A stretch of DNA of 60,116 nt. Source: Planctomycetota bacterium. GTDB taxonomy: Bacteria; Planctomycetota; GCA-002687715; DRQF01. The notes beneath the pieces are model-generated. The model did no database searches. It was not told the DNA's origin and was given only the letters and a program-made list of their open reading frames with translations. The stretch covers positions 11,902-72,017 of the forward strand of contig JALTLO010000200.1 in assembly GCA_027001995.1 (NCBI GenBank), read 5' to 3'. Shown one piece after another: positions 40,917 through 50,928 of this stretch (position 1 is its first letter; each line of letters starts with the position of its first letter). Made by a program: the position numbers and the translations under genes.

Positions 40917-41968
40917 AACTCATTGATCGTTATATTCTCAAACTCTTCGCCGGGGCTCTTGCTGCGACCTTCGTCTTCATGATGGGGCTCTACTTCATTT
41001 TGCATTTCTTAGCCCACGTGAAACATCAAGATGACGCCGCGGTGAGTTTCGCCGCCAATGGCCATTCTCTTTTCTCCGGGCTTTGTCGTTATTACATGGT
41101 TCACATGCCTGAAGTGGCAGCTATGTTCGGACCCTATGCCATACTCTTTGCCGCCATGTTCACCCTTCATCACTTGAACCAGAACAATGAGTTGGTGCCG
41201 ATGTTTTCCGTAGGCGTTTCCCAATTCAGGCTCGCTCTGCCAATCATTATAGGGGCCATGCTTGTTAGCGCTGCCTTGGTGGGAATCAGAGAATATGTGA
41301 TTCCTGCAAACGCTCGAGAAATGGTCCTCATCAGTCGAATGATGCGGGGGAAAGACAATCCTAAATTCGACAAACTGGAACTCATAGTCGACCCCATTGG
41401 CAACGTTTTTGAGGCCAAGGAATGGGATGGCAGCAAGCTCCAGCTCAATCGCGTTTCCATGCTTCCAGCTCTTGGGACGAAAGTCGTCACCTTCGACTAT
41501 TTAAGATGGACTCAATCTCCGGGTTCACATGGGTACTTTGTGCCGTCCCCCGGCTCGTCTCTAACAGTGGAACAATTCCGAGGCGTTTCGAATTTAAGCC
41601 TGCACGATATTCGTGATGAAAATCGGGTCACGCGACGAAGCTCCTATGCTGAACTCAAGGAGCAAAGTGAACGCAAACCTAAGAATCGCCAGCTTGCCAT
41701 CATGATGCACGAACATGTGTCGTACGCGTTTACTCCTTTGGTTTTGCTCTTGTTTGGGCTTCCTTTGGTCTTGAGGCGCAAAGAGAAGAGTATCTTTGTG
41801 GGTCTGAGCGTCTGCTTAGCCTTATCCCTATCCTACTTCTCCCTCAATTTGGCCTTGCAGCGACTGGGTAGCAAGAGCCAGTTCTTAGATCCTCTTTTAG
41901 CGTCCTGGTTGCCCTTAATTATTTTCGGATCTATCGGTCTCATCTTATTTGAACGAAGTCGCAGATAA
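40913..41968 (+). CDS. lptG: LptF/LptG family LPS export permease (LptG-like)
   Basis: MKLIDRYI, 'NNELVPM.S.GVS..RL..P', 'GLP', 'LDPLLASWLP'; ATGA overlap with lptF. Confidence 0.8.
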   Translation: MKLIDRYILKLFAGALAATFVFMMGLYFILHFLAHVKHQDDAAVSFAANGHSLFSGLCRYYMVHMPEVAAMFGPYAILFAAMFTLHHLNQNNELVPMFSVGVSQFRLALPIIIGAMLVSAALVGIREYVIPANAREMVLISRMMRGKDNPKFDKLELIVDPIGNVFEAKEWDGSKLQLNRVSMLPALGTKVVTFDYLRWTQSPGSHGYFVPSPGSSLTVEQFRGVSNLSLHDIRDENRVTRRSSYAELKEQSERKPKNRQLAIMMHEHVSYAFTPLVLLLFGLPLVLRRKEKSIFVGLSVCLALSLSYFSLNLALQRLGSKSQFLDPLLASWLPLIIFGSIGLILFERSRR

Positions 41969-41978
41969 GGCACTTCCA

Positions 41979-44609
41979 TTACACCAAGGAAGACTTGGCT
42001 TCTTTTCTTAATTGAGACAAGAGATTGAGGGCTTCCAAGGGAGTCATGCTATTGAGATCGAGTGAGGCAATTTTCTCGGTCAATGGATCGGGCCGAAAGC
42101 CAAATAAATCGAGTTGCAAGGACTCTCCTGCTTGGGCGGGTATTGCTTCCTTCGTCAATGGAATCTCTTGCTCCATTGATCTTGGCTCAAGTTCTGGAGA
42201 TTCCTGGGATTCCAGGTCGTTTAGAATCGACTTGGCATTGTTGAGTACCTCTTCAGGGATTCCCGCGAGTCTGGCGACATGAATGCCATAACTCTTGTCG
42301 GCGCAACCCGGAACGATCCGGTGCAGAAAGACGATTTCTTCTCCCAGTTCGCGAACCGATACGTTGTAGTTCACCAAGCCGTCGAAGATACCCTCGAGGC
42401 GGGTGAGCTCATGGTAATGAGTGGCAAACAGCGACTTCACGCCACGGGTACAAAGATGCTCCGTAATGGCCCATGCCAAAGCCAAGCCGTCATAGGTACT
42501 GGTGCCTCGTCCCACCTCATCCAAAATCACCAGACTGCGACTGCTCGCATTGTTCAGGATGTTCGCCACCTCAAGCATCTCAACCATGAAGGTCGAACTA
42601 CCTGCTGCCAAATCGTCACTGGCACCCACCCGCGTGAAGATACGATCGACCAAGCCTATGCGTGCGGATTTCGCCGGCAAATAAGATCCAATTTGACTCA
42701 TTAAGACAAGAAGAGCCGTCTGCCGAATGTAGGTCGACTTACCGGCCATATTAGGCCCAGTAATTAACATCAGACGGCCCTTTGTCCCCAAGTCAACATC
42801 ATTGGGAACAAAAGGTTCTGGGGTTCCCATGCGCACGAGCACAGGGTGTCTTCCTTCTTTGATGTCAATCACATCGTCGTCCACGACATCGGGACGGCAA
42901 TAGTCGTCGTCAATGGCAAGGCGAGCCATGGATTGTAAAGTATCGACAGTGGCTACCAGGAAACCCAAGGTCTGAAGATCATCGAGACGATCTGACGCGG
43001 CCCTTCTGAGGCTTTCAAATATTTCCAACTCCAGTGCCTTGGATTTGTCTTCGGCGTTCAGAACTTTGTCTTCATACTCCTTGAGCTCTGGCGTGATGTA
43101 ACGCTCCGCATTCTTGAGAGTCTGTTTGCGAATATAGCTCGCCGGAACTTTGTCTTTGTTCCCATTGGAGACTTCTAAGTAGTAGCCAAAGACTTTGTTG
43201 AATCCGATCTTGAGATTGTGGATCCCTGTGGCTTCAATCTCCCGGGCTTGGAAACCCGCGATAAATCCTTTTCCCTCCCGGCCAATAGCACGCAATTCGT
43301 CGAGCTCGTTGTTGTACCCCTCTTTGATCACCCCCCCATCACTCAAATTGAGAGGAGGAGATTCCACCAACGCTTCGTCCAAAAGTACGCTCAAGTCTTG
43401 GGTATTGGGAGCGCCTTCAAAGGTCTCACGCAAAAGGGAGGATGAGGAGCTTCCTACCAACTTGAGCACCAAGGGAACTTGCCGGAGTGTTTGCCTCAAG
43501 GCTCCCAGATCTCGGGGGTTCGCGCGTCCACATCCCAGCCGCCCTGAGAGGCGTTCAAGATCAAGGATCTCTTGAGATTCAGACCTGACGTCATCGAGCA
43601 CGTCTTGGTTGTCCAAGAACCACGCGACGGCGTCTTGACGATCCTTGATGGCTTCACGATTGAGAAGCGGTGCTAATATCCACTGTTTAAGAAGCCGCGA
43701 GCCCATGGCTGTTTTGCAACGATCCATCACCCCCAAGAGCGATCCCCGCCGCTCGTTTTCACGTCCAGCTCGGACCAATTCAAGTGCGACCCGAGAGGTA
43801 CGATCAATGATCATGCCCTTCTTCGATAGATCGCAGCGAATCTTACGGACCTGACCGATAGCTCCGCGCTGGGTTTCCTCCAAGTAATCAAGGATGGCTC
43901 CTGCGGCTCCAATGGGAAAGCTCTCCTGGTCGATTCCGAATCCTTCCAGATTTTTGGTACCAAAGTGCTTGTTCAGGCAGCGCAAAGCAGAATCGACTTC
44001 AAAACACCAGTCAGGGCGACTGCTGACCACCCAAGACTCTGTTTTTCCTAATTTTTGACCGGCCTCCGTTTCATGGAGCCACGTTTCTGGCACCAGACAC
44101 TCTGATGGTTCCAAGGCATCCAAGGCATCAAAGACTTCCTCTTCGCTACAAGGACGGGTAGCAAAATCGCCAGTGGAAAGATCGATCCACGCGATTCCTC
44201 CGTCCGCGAGCGCCACGAGATAGTTGTTGTCTTTTGAATCAAGAGAATCGTCTTCTGTTAAAGTACCGGGAGTAATGATACGTGTGATATCTCTTTGGAC
44301 GATCCCTTTGGCTTGGGAAGGATCTTCCAGTTGGTCACAAACCACAACTTTTTCGCCCATCTCTACGAGTCGCTTGATATAAGCACCCACGGTTTTGACG
44401 GGAATACCCGCCATGGCGATGCCATCCGTTCCCTTAGAACGCGATGTCAAAGTGACGCCCAACAATTTGGCAGCCTTGCGAGCATCATCATGAAAGAACT
44501 CATAGAAGTCGCCCATTCTGAAGAAAAGTATGCCGTCCTTGTGCTTGTTCTTGGCGGCATGCCATTGTTTCATCATTGGAGTCATGGAAGGCGATCTTTC
44601 TGTGGACAA
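41979..44609 (-). CDS. mutS: DNA mismatch repair protein MutS
   Basis: TPMMKQ, FRMGDFYEFF, RIITPGT, TGPNMAGKST, STFMVEM, DEVGRGTST, FATHYHEL, clamp motif QLDLF. Confidence 0.98.
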   Translation of the reverse strand: MSTERSPSMTPMMKQWHAAKNKHKDGILFFRMGDFYEFFHDDARKAAKLLGVTLTSRSKGTDGIAMAGIPVKTVGAYIKRLVEMGEKVVVCDQLEDPSQAKGIVQRDITRIITPGTLTEDDSLDSKDNNYLVALADGGIAWIDLSTGDFATRPCSEEEVFDALDALEPSECLVPETWLHETEAGQKLGKTESWVVSSRPDWCFEVDSALRCLNKHFGTKNLEGFGIDQESFPIGAAGAILDYLEETQRGAIGQVRKIRCDLSKKGMIIDRTSRVALELVRAGRENERRGSLLGVMDRCKTAMGSRLLKQWILAPLLNREAIKDRQDAVAWFLDNQDVLDDVRSESQEILDLERLSGRLGCGRANPRDLGALRQTLRQVPLVLKLVGSSSSSLLRETFEGAPNTQDLSVLLDEALVESPPLNLSDGGVIKEGYNNELDELRAIGREGKGFIAGFQAREIEATGIHNLKIGFNKVFGYYLEVSNGNKDKVPASYIRKQTLKNAERYITPELKEYEDKVLNAEDKSKALELEIFESLRRAASDRLDDLQTLGFLVATVDTLQSMARLAIDDDYCRPDVVDDDVIDIKEGRHPVLVRMGTPEPFVPNDVDLGTKGRLMLITGPNMAGKSTYIRQTALLVLMSQIGSYLPAKSARIGLVDRIFTRVGASDDLAAGSSTFMVEMLEVANILNNASSRSLVILDEVGRGTSTYDGLALAWAITEHLCTRGVKSLFATHYHELTRLEGIFDGLVNYNVSVRELGEEIVFLHRIVPGCADKSYGIHVARLAGIPEEVLNNAKSILNDLESQESPELEPRSMEQEIPLTKEAIPAQAGESLQLDLFGFRPDPLTEKIASLDLNSMTPLEALNLLSQLRKEAKSSLV

Positions 44610-44664
44610 AACGTTTCTTGATCGTGAAGATGTCCGGGAATTCTAAGCTCAAGGGGGGGCGATC

Positions 44665-45009
44665 TTGTTCGAATTGAATCCTTTCAAATTGGTCAAGAGA
44701 AGTATCCAGGATTCCCGTTCCCTGCGCCTCCTCTTTGTCATTTCTTGCATCAGTTGGTTCATCTTGGGGTTAGTCCTGATGATTCGCCCCCTGAGTCTTT
44801 ACATCGGATTGATCTTGTATGGATTTCATTTAGGTAGCTGGTATTTCGCCCTGGCCACACGTACTGCTTTTGCCTTTTTGATGACCATGGACACAAATCG
44901 CCCTACCCCAAGAATCGCCGCTTTTGTCGACCAACTTTGCCAAGCCGTGATTCTTTTCTGTCAGGTCCTCTTTCTCATGATCATATTTCGTTTGATAGAA
45001 ACGACTTAG
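44665..45009 (+). CDS. small hypothetical membrane protein (3 TM)
   Basis: 114-aa ORF with three strongly hydrophobic segments; TTG start after AAGGGGGGG. Confidence 0.55.
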   Translation: MFELNPFKLVKRSIQDSRSLRLLFVISCISWFILGLVLMIRPLSLYIGLILYGFHLGSWYFALATRTAFAFLMTMDTNRPTPRIAAFVDQLCQAVILFCQVLFLMIIFRLIETT

Positions 45010-45433
45010 GTGCGTCACCTTGATCTTGCTCTCGCGAGAACTAACTCAGGTGAACCATCCTTACTGCCACATAGTTAAAGAGAACAGCAAGCTCCTGGGG
45101 ATAAAACTGACACGGTTCTCGGCCTTTTCTGGACTTAAAGACGAAAGGCATGGCCCAGCTCATGGCCAGGGTTAGAAGAAGTTCAACTGCAAGAAACAAA
45201 ATGGTTTGCAGCCTTTTGGTTGCTCCAGTAGAATCGCGCAGCGATCAGAATTGAGATGTCCATTTTGGAAAATTGGATGTTGATCTGATGGCTCTTGGGA
45301 GCGGGGAATGTGATGATATTGTTTTTGAGCAAATTCGCTCGAAAGATACCACTCCCACAAATCAGTGACACAACCCACCGGCATAAGCTGTTGGCAAATA
45401 AAGAGTTGTGAGTTGACGGTCAGATTTCAAATT

Positions 45434-45449
45434 TGGCATTAACGTTGCA
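45434..45449 (+). promoter_or_regulatory. sigma54 (-24/-12) promoter
   Basis: TGGCATTAACGTTGCA = GG-N10-GC in a ~540-nt intergenic region, ~100 nt upstream of ATG 45553. Confidence 0.72.
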
Positions 45450-45552
45450 CTCATTCTTCTGGACAAGGTCTTGCGCGAATTGCGGAGACATATTGAAGCG
45501 ACGGCACAAACGTGTGCCGACATTCGGAATTGCAAAAAGGAGTTTCTCCTCG

Positions 45553-48297
45553 ATGAGATTTGACCATCTGGCACGTTTCATGTTCACCCTAGCCCTCGTA
45601 GCTATTGTGAGTGTGGCGAGCACAAGTTGTAGTGGCGGCGGCGGAAATGGCGGCGGCACAAGTGCTGACGCCGTTGTAATGGGAATTTCGATTTCCAACC
45701 TCCCAAATAATGAAGGTGACAACTTCGTTGTCGAAAACAGCGTTCAGAACAACGTACCTTCCAATGTATTCTTAAACGCGCGCATCGTCATCCGCTTGGG
45801 TGGTAGTGTCGACCCTTCGAGCCTACCTCCTGCAGGATTGGCTAATGTTGGCAGTGCCATCGAAATCGTAAGCTTGACTTCGAACCAGGCTGCAAGTGGT
45901 GTCTTTTCCCTCAACCCAGCCGATCCGCGAGAAGTATTCTTCGAGGCATTTCCCCCGACATCGGTTCTCCCAGGGCAAGGATGCATCGCAGGTTTTCGCC
46001 CCAATGAAACCTACCGTATTTCCGTCACATCAGCCGGTCCAGGAGGTTCAGGAAACGTTTTAATCGTGGGAGGTAACCCTCTCCAAAGCGGGGCTGCCGG
46101 AACATTCCAAACTGTCAGTTGCGATCCTGGAAATCCCAGCTCTGCTTTTGATGACACCAATGGAGCAGACCCTCAAGTCGTCGGTCAGAATCCTCCTCCG
46201 GGAACAAACTTGTTGGTAGCTGCCTACCCCGGCTTTCCAACTTCAACCGTGATTACTCTCGACATCGACGAGTCCGTGGACCCAAGTAGCGTGAACCCTT
46301 CTAACTTGGTTTTGGTGAATACCACGATCAACTCTTTCATGAGCGTTCCTGTTGGAGGTTCTGTGTCTCTTCAACAACTGGGCAGTGTGCCAGGGAATCC
46401 AACAGTGGCTCGTCTGATCTTCACCACAACAGATCCTTTGGACGACGGTCATTCCTATGAGTTTATGTTCTTGGGTGTGACGGATCTGTCCGGCAACCTT
46501 CTTGCAGCGCCAGCTGGAGGCACTTCGATCTCCACGGTGTTCGAGAACAACAATACTCCAACTTCCTTCGTGGAAGATTTCACCACGACAAACAACCGAG
46601 GCACCTTGACCCAGTCGATTGTGTGGCCTGGAACAGTCTCTGGTGACCCGCTTTCTGGAACCTTGTCAGCCATTTTTCCAGTTACCATTCTTGGCAATGG
46701 TCTGGATGGCGTGGGCGACTTCCCCAACTCAGTGACGATCAACGCTGACAACCAACTGACTCCAGGTGATCCAAACGCACAGCCTGCAGTCTATAACTTC
46801 ACATCCCTCACCTTTGGCGACGCTGGCGGTTCATCCCGCACCATCAGTTTTTCCAGCACGACAAATGTATCACCGGGTGAGGCCAACTTCCCTGTTCACT
46901 TCCGTTCAACGGGAGATATCACTGTTCGCAACTTCACGACCGTCAGCTTTGATGGCGGTGTCCAAACCCAGCCCGCTGGCATGGGAGTGAATGCAACCAC
47001 CAACAGTGTCCGCGGCGGCTGGGGTGGCCCTGGCGGTGGACGTGGCGGTACGGGATCCCCGATCAACGACAACATGGTCATCAACCTGTTTGGTGATCCA
47101 GGGGAAGGTGCTCATACCAATATGGCGGACCCAACAATGCCCGGTGGAGTCATCGGCAATGTTGGTGACATCGCTCAGAGCCCCCCAGTTGGTGTTGTAG
47201 ATCCCTATTACGGTGGTGGCGCTCCAGGTGCAGCGGGTATTGATCTGTCTTCTGCACCAAACCCAGGTCCATCCGGAGGCGGTGGGGGTACGGCTACAAG
47301 TTTCATGGGCTACGGCAGTATGCCTCCTGCGGGCAATGCCAGTATCACGTTCACGGCTTCAACCCCGGGTGAAACTCAAACCGGAACGGACGGCTTTGGT
47401 TCTGGTGCTCCTGCGGCTGGTGTCGCTGGCCAACCCATGACCATGATGATGACACCTCTGACTTTCGCCTTAGGCGGTTCAGGTGGAGGCGCCGGTGGTG
47501 ACCGTGGCCGAATGAGTTCCGGAGCCCTGTCTTATCGGGCCGGTGCTGGTGGTGGTGGCGGCGGTGGAGCTGCCCGCTTCTCCGCCGGGGGTACCATTAC
47601 CTTTGGTGTCTTGAGCGTCGTGAGCGTCAAGGGGGGCCGAGGTGGCTCTGCGACACCACCCTTGGTTGCCCATGGTGGTGGCGGTTCTGGTGGTTCCTTC
47701 TTGGCACAAACATTTGGGGCTTTGGTTCCGAATCCATCAGCAACATTTGATGCTTCAGGTGGAGACATTGGAACTCCGATGCCACCACCAGCCAACCCTG
47801 AGCCTCCACTGAACGGTGAAGGCGGACGTGGTGGCGACGGCATTATCCAATTGGAAGATGGTACCGGCGGTTTCATCACCACTTCCCTGGGCCTGATCAC
47901 GGTCAGCGGCGAGTTCTTTACCCAGGTCTTCCCTCTTGCAGGGACGATCACCGACGTGGCTCGTTCGATTGCGATCGACACCGGCTCCAACGCCACCGAC
48001 TTCACCGCAGCATCGGCTACATCAAGCACCGGGTCCAATGCTATGGCAACTCTCAGCATTCAGCTGTTTGGCATAGCGGAAGACCCGATCGCACCAGGAA
48101 CACCAGCGACAACTGCCGTGTCTCCATCTGGTTTCCCTCTCATGGTTGGGCCACTTTCTCTGGCTCAATTCGATCAATTGGATGGTTACCGTTACTTCCT
48201 GTTCCAAGTCACAACATCCTACCCAGCACCTCCTGGAGTCTCTTTGGGCGATACCTTGCCTTCGGTATCTGATATCACTGTGGACTACAACAACTAA
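45553..48297 (+). CDS. surface lipoprotein with Ig-like (Big_5-like) domains and a glycine-rich (polyglycine-II-type) domain
   Basis: AAGGAG RBS; lipobox STS-C-SGGGG; Ig-like 'SVDPSS…YRI', 'ESVDPSSV…VTDLSGN'; GGGGGGG/GGSGG runs alternating with short beta strands. Confidence 0.8.
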   Translation: MRFDHLARFMFTLALVAIVSVASTSCSGGGGNGGGTSADAVVMGISISNLPNNEGDNFVVENSVQNNVPSNVFLNARIVIRLGGSVDPSSLPPAGLANVGSAIEIVSLTSNQAASGVFSLNPADPREVFFEAFPPTSVLPGQGCIAGFRPNETYRISVTSAGPGGSGNVLIVGGNPLQSGAAGTFQTVSCDPGNPSSAFDDTNGADPQVVGQNPPPGTNLLVAAYPGFPTSTVITLDIDESVDPSSVNPSNLVLVNTTINSFMSVPVGGSVSLQQLGSVPGNPTVARLIFTTTDPLDDGHSYEFMFLGVTDLSGNLLAAPAGGTSISTVFENNNTPTSFVEDFTTTNNRGTLTQSIVWPGTVSGDPLSGTLSAIFPVTILGNGLDGVGDFPNSVTINADNQLTPGDPNAQPAVYNFTSLTFGDAGGSSRTISFSSTTNVSPGEANFPVHFRSTGDITVRNFTTVSFDGGVQTQPAGMGVNATTNSVRGGWGGPGGGRGGTGSPINDNMVINLFGDPGEGAHTNMADPTMPGGVIGNVGDIAQSPPVGVVDPYYGGGAPGAAGIDLSSAPNPGPSGGGGGTATSFMGYGSMPPAGNASITFTASTPGETQTGTDGFGSGAPAAGVAGQPMTMMMTPLTFALGGSGGGAGGDRGRMSSGALSYRAGAGGGGGGGAARFSAGGTITFGVLSVVSVKGGRGGSATPPLVAHGGGGSGGSFLAQTFGALVPNPSATFDASGGDIGTPMPPPANPEPPLNGEGGRGGDGIIQLEDGTGGFITTSLGLITVSGEFFTQVFPLAGTITDVARSIAIDTGSNATDFTAASATSSTGSNAMATLSIQLFGIAEDPIAPGTPATTAVSPSGFPLMVGPLSLAQFDQLDGYRYFLFQVTTSYPAPPGVSLGDTLPSVSDITVDYNN

Positions 48298-48319
48298 GAC
48301 AACTGAGTTGGTAGACAAG

Positions 48320-48356
48320 AGCCTCCTATCCCCAAGGGATAGGAGGCTTTCTTTTT
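48320..48356 (+). terminator. intrinsic terminator
   Basis: 13-bp stem AGCCTCCTATCCC / GGGATAGGAGGCT, loop CAA, followed by TTCTTTTT. Confidence 0.9.
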
Positions 48357-48534
48357 GGCTGCCCAGAACGTTTTTCAAGCATCAGCAGAAGTCAGAATAG
48401 GACTCGCTCCTGCCCCCGCTCCCTCATCTTTGGAATTCAACAAATATGAAGCGCGGCCATGAGAATATTGACTAAAATCAAGACCACGCCCTGGGACAGC
48501 CCTGTTTCTGTGCTGTCATTCTTGCCCTATCTCA

Positions 48535-48562
48535 TTGCGACACCTGGACGCGATGGTACGCT
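48535..48562 (+). promoter_or_regulatory. sigma70-type promoter
   Basis: TTGCGA-N16-TACGCT with TGn extended -10, ~70 nt upstream of AGGAG/ATG 48630. Confidence 0.45.
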
Positions 48563-48629
48563 CAGCGTCCTCCGTCAATCCTGAGAATGAGGATCGCGGC
48601 GGGGTCGTCCCCAAGAACAGGAGTATTAC

Positions 48630-49625
48630 ATGTATTGCCTCCCCCTCACACGATCACTTTTCGCCCTTTTCGTTCTAGCGTTTTCCCTTGGAGCACAAAC
48701 AGCGAGCCCGGTCATTTATCAATTCAGCAATCTTCTGAATCACGATGGCAGTAAGTCCATAGCTGATGTCAAAGGTCATCCCCTGCTCTTCGTGGTGAGC
48801 AAACACTCCAGCACTGCGATGAAAATCGCAGCGGAGCTATCATCTAAACATAGCAAGAAGGGTCTGATTGTTGTCCTTTGGACAGAAGATGTGGCCATGA
48901 GACCAGTCTTGGAACACGCGAAACTTATGCGGATGGATTCGAAATCTCGCGTTTGGCTGTGCGGCGCCGACACCCCACCTTTGGACCTCAAAGCCGACGG
49001 TTTTCCACGACTTAGTCTGATTTCCGTGACCGGACGTGCACTTCACCGGAATCTGAAAACCGAAGAACAAGCGAAGGTCGAAAAAGCCGTCAAAAAGCAA
49101 CTCAAGTTGGGGAAGAATGGCTGGGGGGACCACACAATTGCTATAGGAATCCGTGCTCGGGCCTTCGGCGCTGGTTCATTTTCGAAGGGATATTCCTATT
49201 TGATGGGCGGCGGCTCAGGCGCTCCCAAAGAAGTCAAAGACGCGGCCCGAGATATGAATGCTTTGTTCGCACATCGCATTCGTCAGCTCCGTTGGCTCAA
49301 TGATCAAGGCCGATATCAGGACGCCATGAGCGCCAGCAGATCCCTTATGAAGTCAGTTCGTGGCCGAAAAAAATGGGAAGATGAAGTGGCAAAAACAAAA
49401 ACCGAACTCTTTGCTGGATATAAAAAGACGGGTCTCAAGCAGGAGAAGATACTCCTGAAACTGATCAAGCCACTGATGAAAGCAAAAGCAACATCGAAGG
49501 TCGTGGATGGCTTGACTGATTTCATAAAAAACACCGAGGACTCTCTCCTCTCTGGCAGAGCGACCCGTTGGATGCAGTTGGCGAAGGCCTTCTTGGAAAT
49601 CGATCAGGCCAATTCTGCCAAATGA
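48630..49625 (+). CDS. secreted hypothetical protein, degenerate TlpA/redoxin-like N-domain + helical C-domain
   Basis: Signal peptide; 'SIADVKGHPLLFV', 'KGLIVVL', 'GFPRLSLISVTG' echo the TlpA fold, but there is no CxxC. Confidence 0.55.
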   Translation: MYCLPLTRSLFALFVLAFSLGAQTASPVIYQFSNLLNHDGSKSIADVKGHPLLFVVSKHSSTAMKIAAELSSKHSKKGLIVVLWTEDVAMRPVLEHAKLMRMDSKSRVWLCGADTPPLDLKADGFPRLSLISVTGRALHRNLKTEEQAKVEKAVKKQLKLGKNGWGDHTIAIGIRARAFGAGSFSKGYSYLMGGGSGAPKEVKDAARDMNALFAHRIRQLRWLNDQGRYQDAMSASRSLMKSVRGRKKWEDEVAKTKTELFAGYKKTGLKQEKILLKLIKPLMKAKATSKVVDGLTDFIKNTEDSLLSGRATRWMQLAKAFLEIDQANSAK

Positions 49626-49793
49626 GGTTGAATCGTCGTCGAGACGAGTTGGGAAGTTAAGGTCCCTGCTGCTCCGAAGCACTGGGTTTTGTGGCCTGCT
49701 GTGCAACCCAGCCTTGAGAGAAGAACTCTTCTCATGATGCTCTCAAGAAGCCAGTTCTCCATAAGAGCCCAGACAAGAGAACAAGCACAAGCC

Positions 49794-50816
49794 TTAGCTT
49801 TCTTTGATTTCTCCCACGTCGATGCCATCAACATCTCTTCGCAGGATCAAGAACATGGTGGTTGTACCAGCGAAAGCAAAGCTCGTCACGGCCCCGGTGA
49901 TCGCTAAATTCACTGAGCTAATCACCAAGTTCGCCAGCAAAGAAGCGAAGTAAGCCATGCCTTCAACATTCTCTGGGTCCTTCAGAGTGTTGAGAAAACC
50001 TTCATTGTCCCAGAAGGGCACCAGGGATGCGAATGTCCAGCTATGCAAAATCCAAGCGTCGAAAGCAAAACCCAGAACGATATCAACCAAGAACACTTTC
50101 ATGAGAACCATATAAATGATGACATGAAGAGGTCGCGCAAAAATATAGTTCAGAGCTTTGCCCCAAGCGTCCAAAGTCCCCCGCTGTTCAATCGCTACAG
50201 CACCAGAAACCATACCAGCCCCAAGAAGTGAAGTCGTCGCGATGATAAGCATCAATGCGGTCATAACGAAGGCGATGGGCAGCAGCAGATAGAAGACGAT
50301 TCCTACAAATGGAATCTGCATCAGGCTTCCGATCATGAAATTGACAGCAGCCAGAATTGACAGGCTGGCCAAGACGATGATGGGAAACAAGATTGTCGTC
50401 TTGGCGTTTTCTAAACCAAACGCCAACGATTCCTTCAGGCCAATGTATTCGTCCCGGCACAAGCGCAAGGCTAAGCATCGACAAATCGCCAAACCAAGGG
50501 TGGCCCAAAGCACTACCACAGTCAAAGACTGAAACAAGAAGAGCCACAATCCCCCGGGTGCCGCTGGAACCAGGTGAAGAGTTGAAAAGAAAGAGACTAA
50601 TTGAAACCTGAATACTGAAATGGCTTCGCTTGGGCTATCTAAATTCGAGACAAAAGAGGCACATCCCAAATTCACCAAGTAAAAGGCCAAGCAGGCCATC
50701 ATCCCCAAAACCGTGGCCGGAACTGAAAAAGGAAACCACAACATGGCAATGGGTTTGAATGGCCCGGGATTCGATCGGTTCACGATGGGAATCACTCCTG
50801 AGTGAAAACGGCTCAA
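49794..50816 (-). CDS. hypothetical polytopic membrane protein
   Basis: 6-7 hydrophobic segments; C-terminal 'FLILRRDVDG.D..E'; start uncertain. Confidence 0.7.
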   Translation of the reverse strand: MSRFHSGVIPIVNRSNPGPFKPIAMLWFPFSVPATVLGMMACLAFYLVNLGCASFVSNLDSPSEAISVFRFQLVSFFSTLHLVPAAPGGLWLFLFQSLTVVVLWATLGLAICRCLALRLCRDEYIGLKESLAFGLENAKTTILFPIIVLASLSILAAVNFMIGSLMQIPFVGIVFYLLLPIAFVMTALMLIIATTSLLGAGMVSGAVAIEQRGTLDAWGKALNYIFARPLHVIIYMVLMKVFLVDIVLGFAFDAWILHSWTFASLVPFWDNEGFLNTLKDPENVEGMAYFASLLANLVISSVNLAITGAVTSFAFAGTTTMFLILRRDVDGIDVGEIKES

Positions 50817-50928
50817 CTAAGTGGACAGACTCAATTTATCGACTGAACCGGGATCCGCAAGATAGAGCCTTCTAGTAAAGGTCCTCAATTCTGTTGCGCA
50901 CAGGGATGGGGGTTTGTAAACCTAATTC

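Noticed and set aside
45010..45430. Short ORFs or an ncRNA in the long intergenic region
   Set aside because: ORFs of 60-100 aa lack an RBS and motifs; no tRNA or riboswitch fold recognised. The region is better explained as sigma54 enhancer space.
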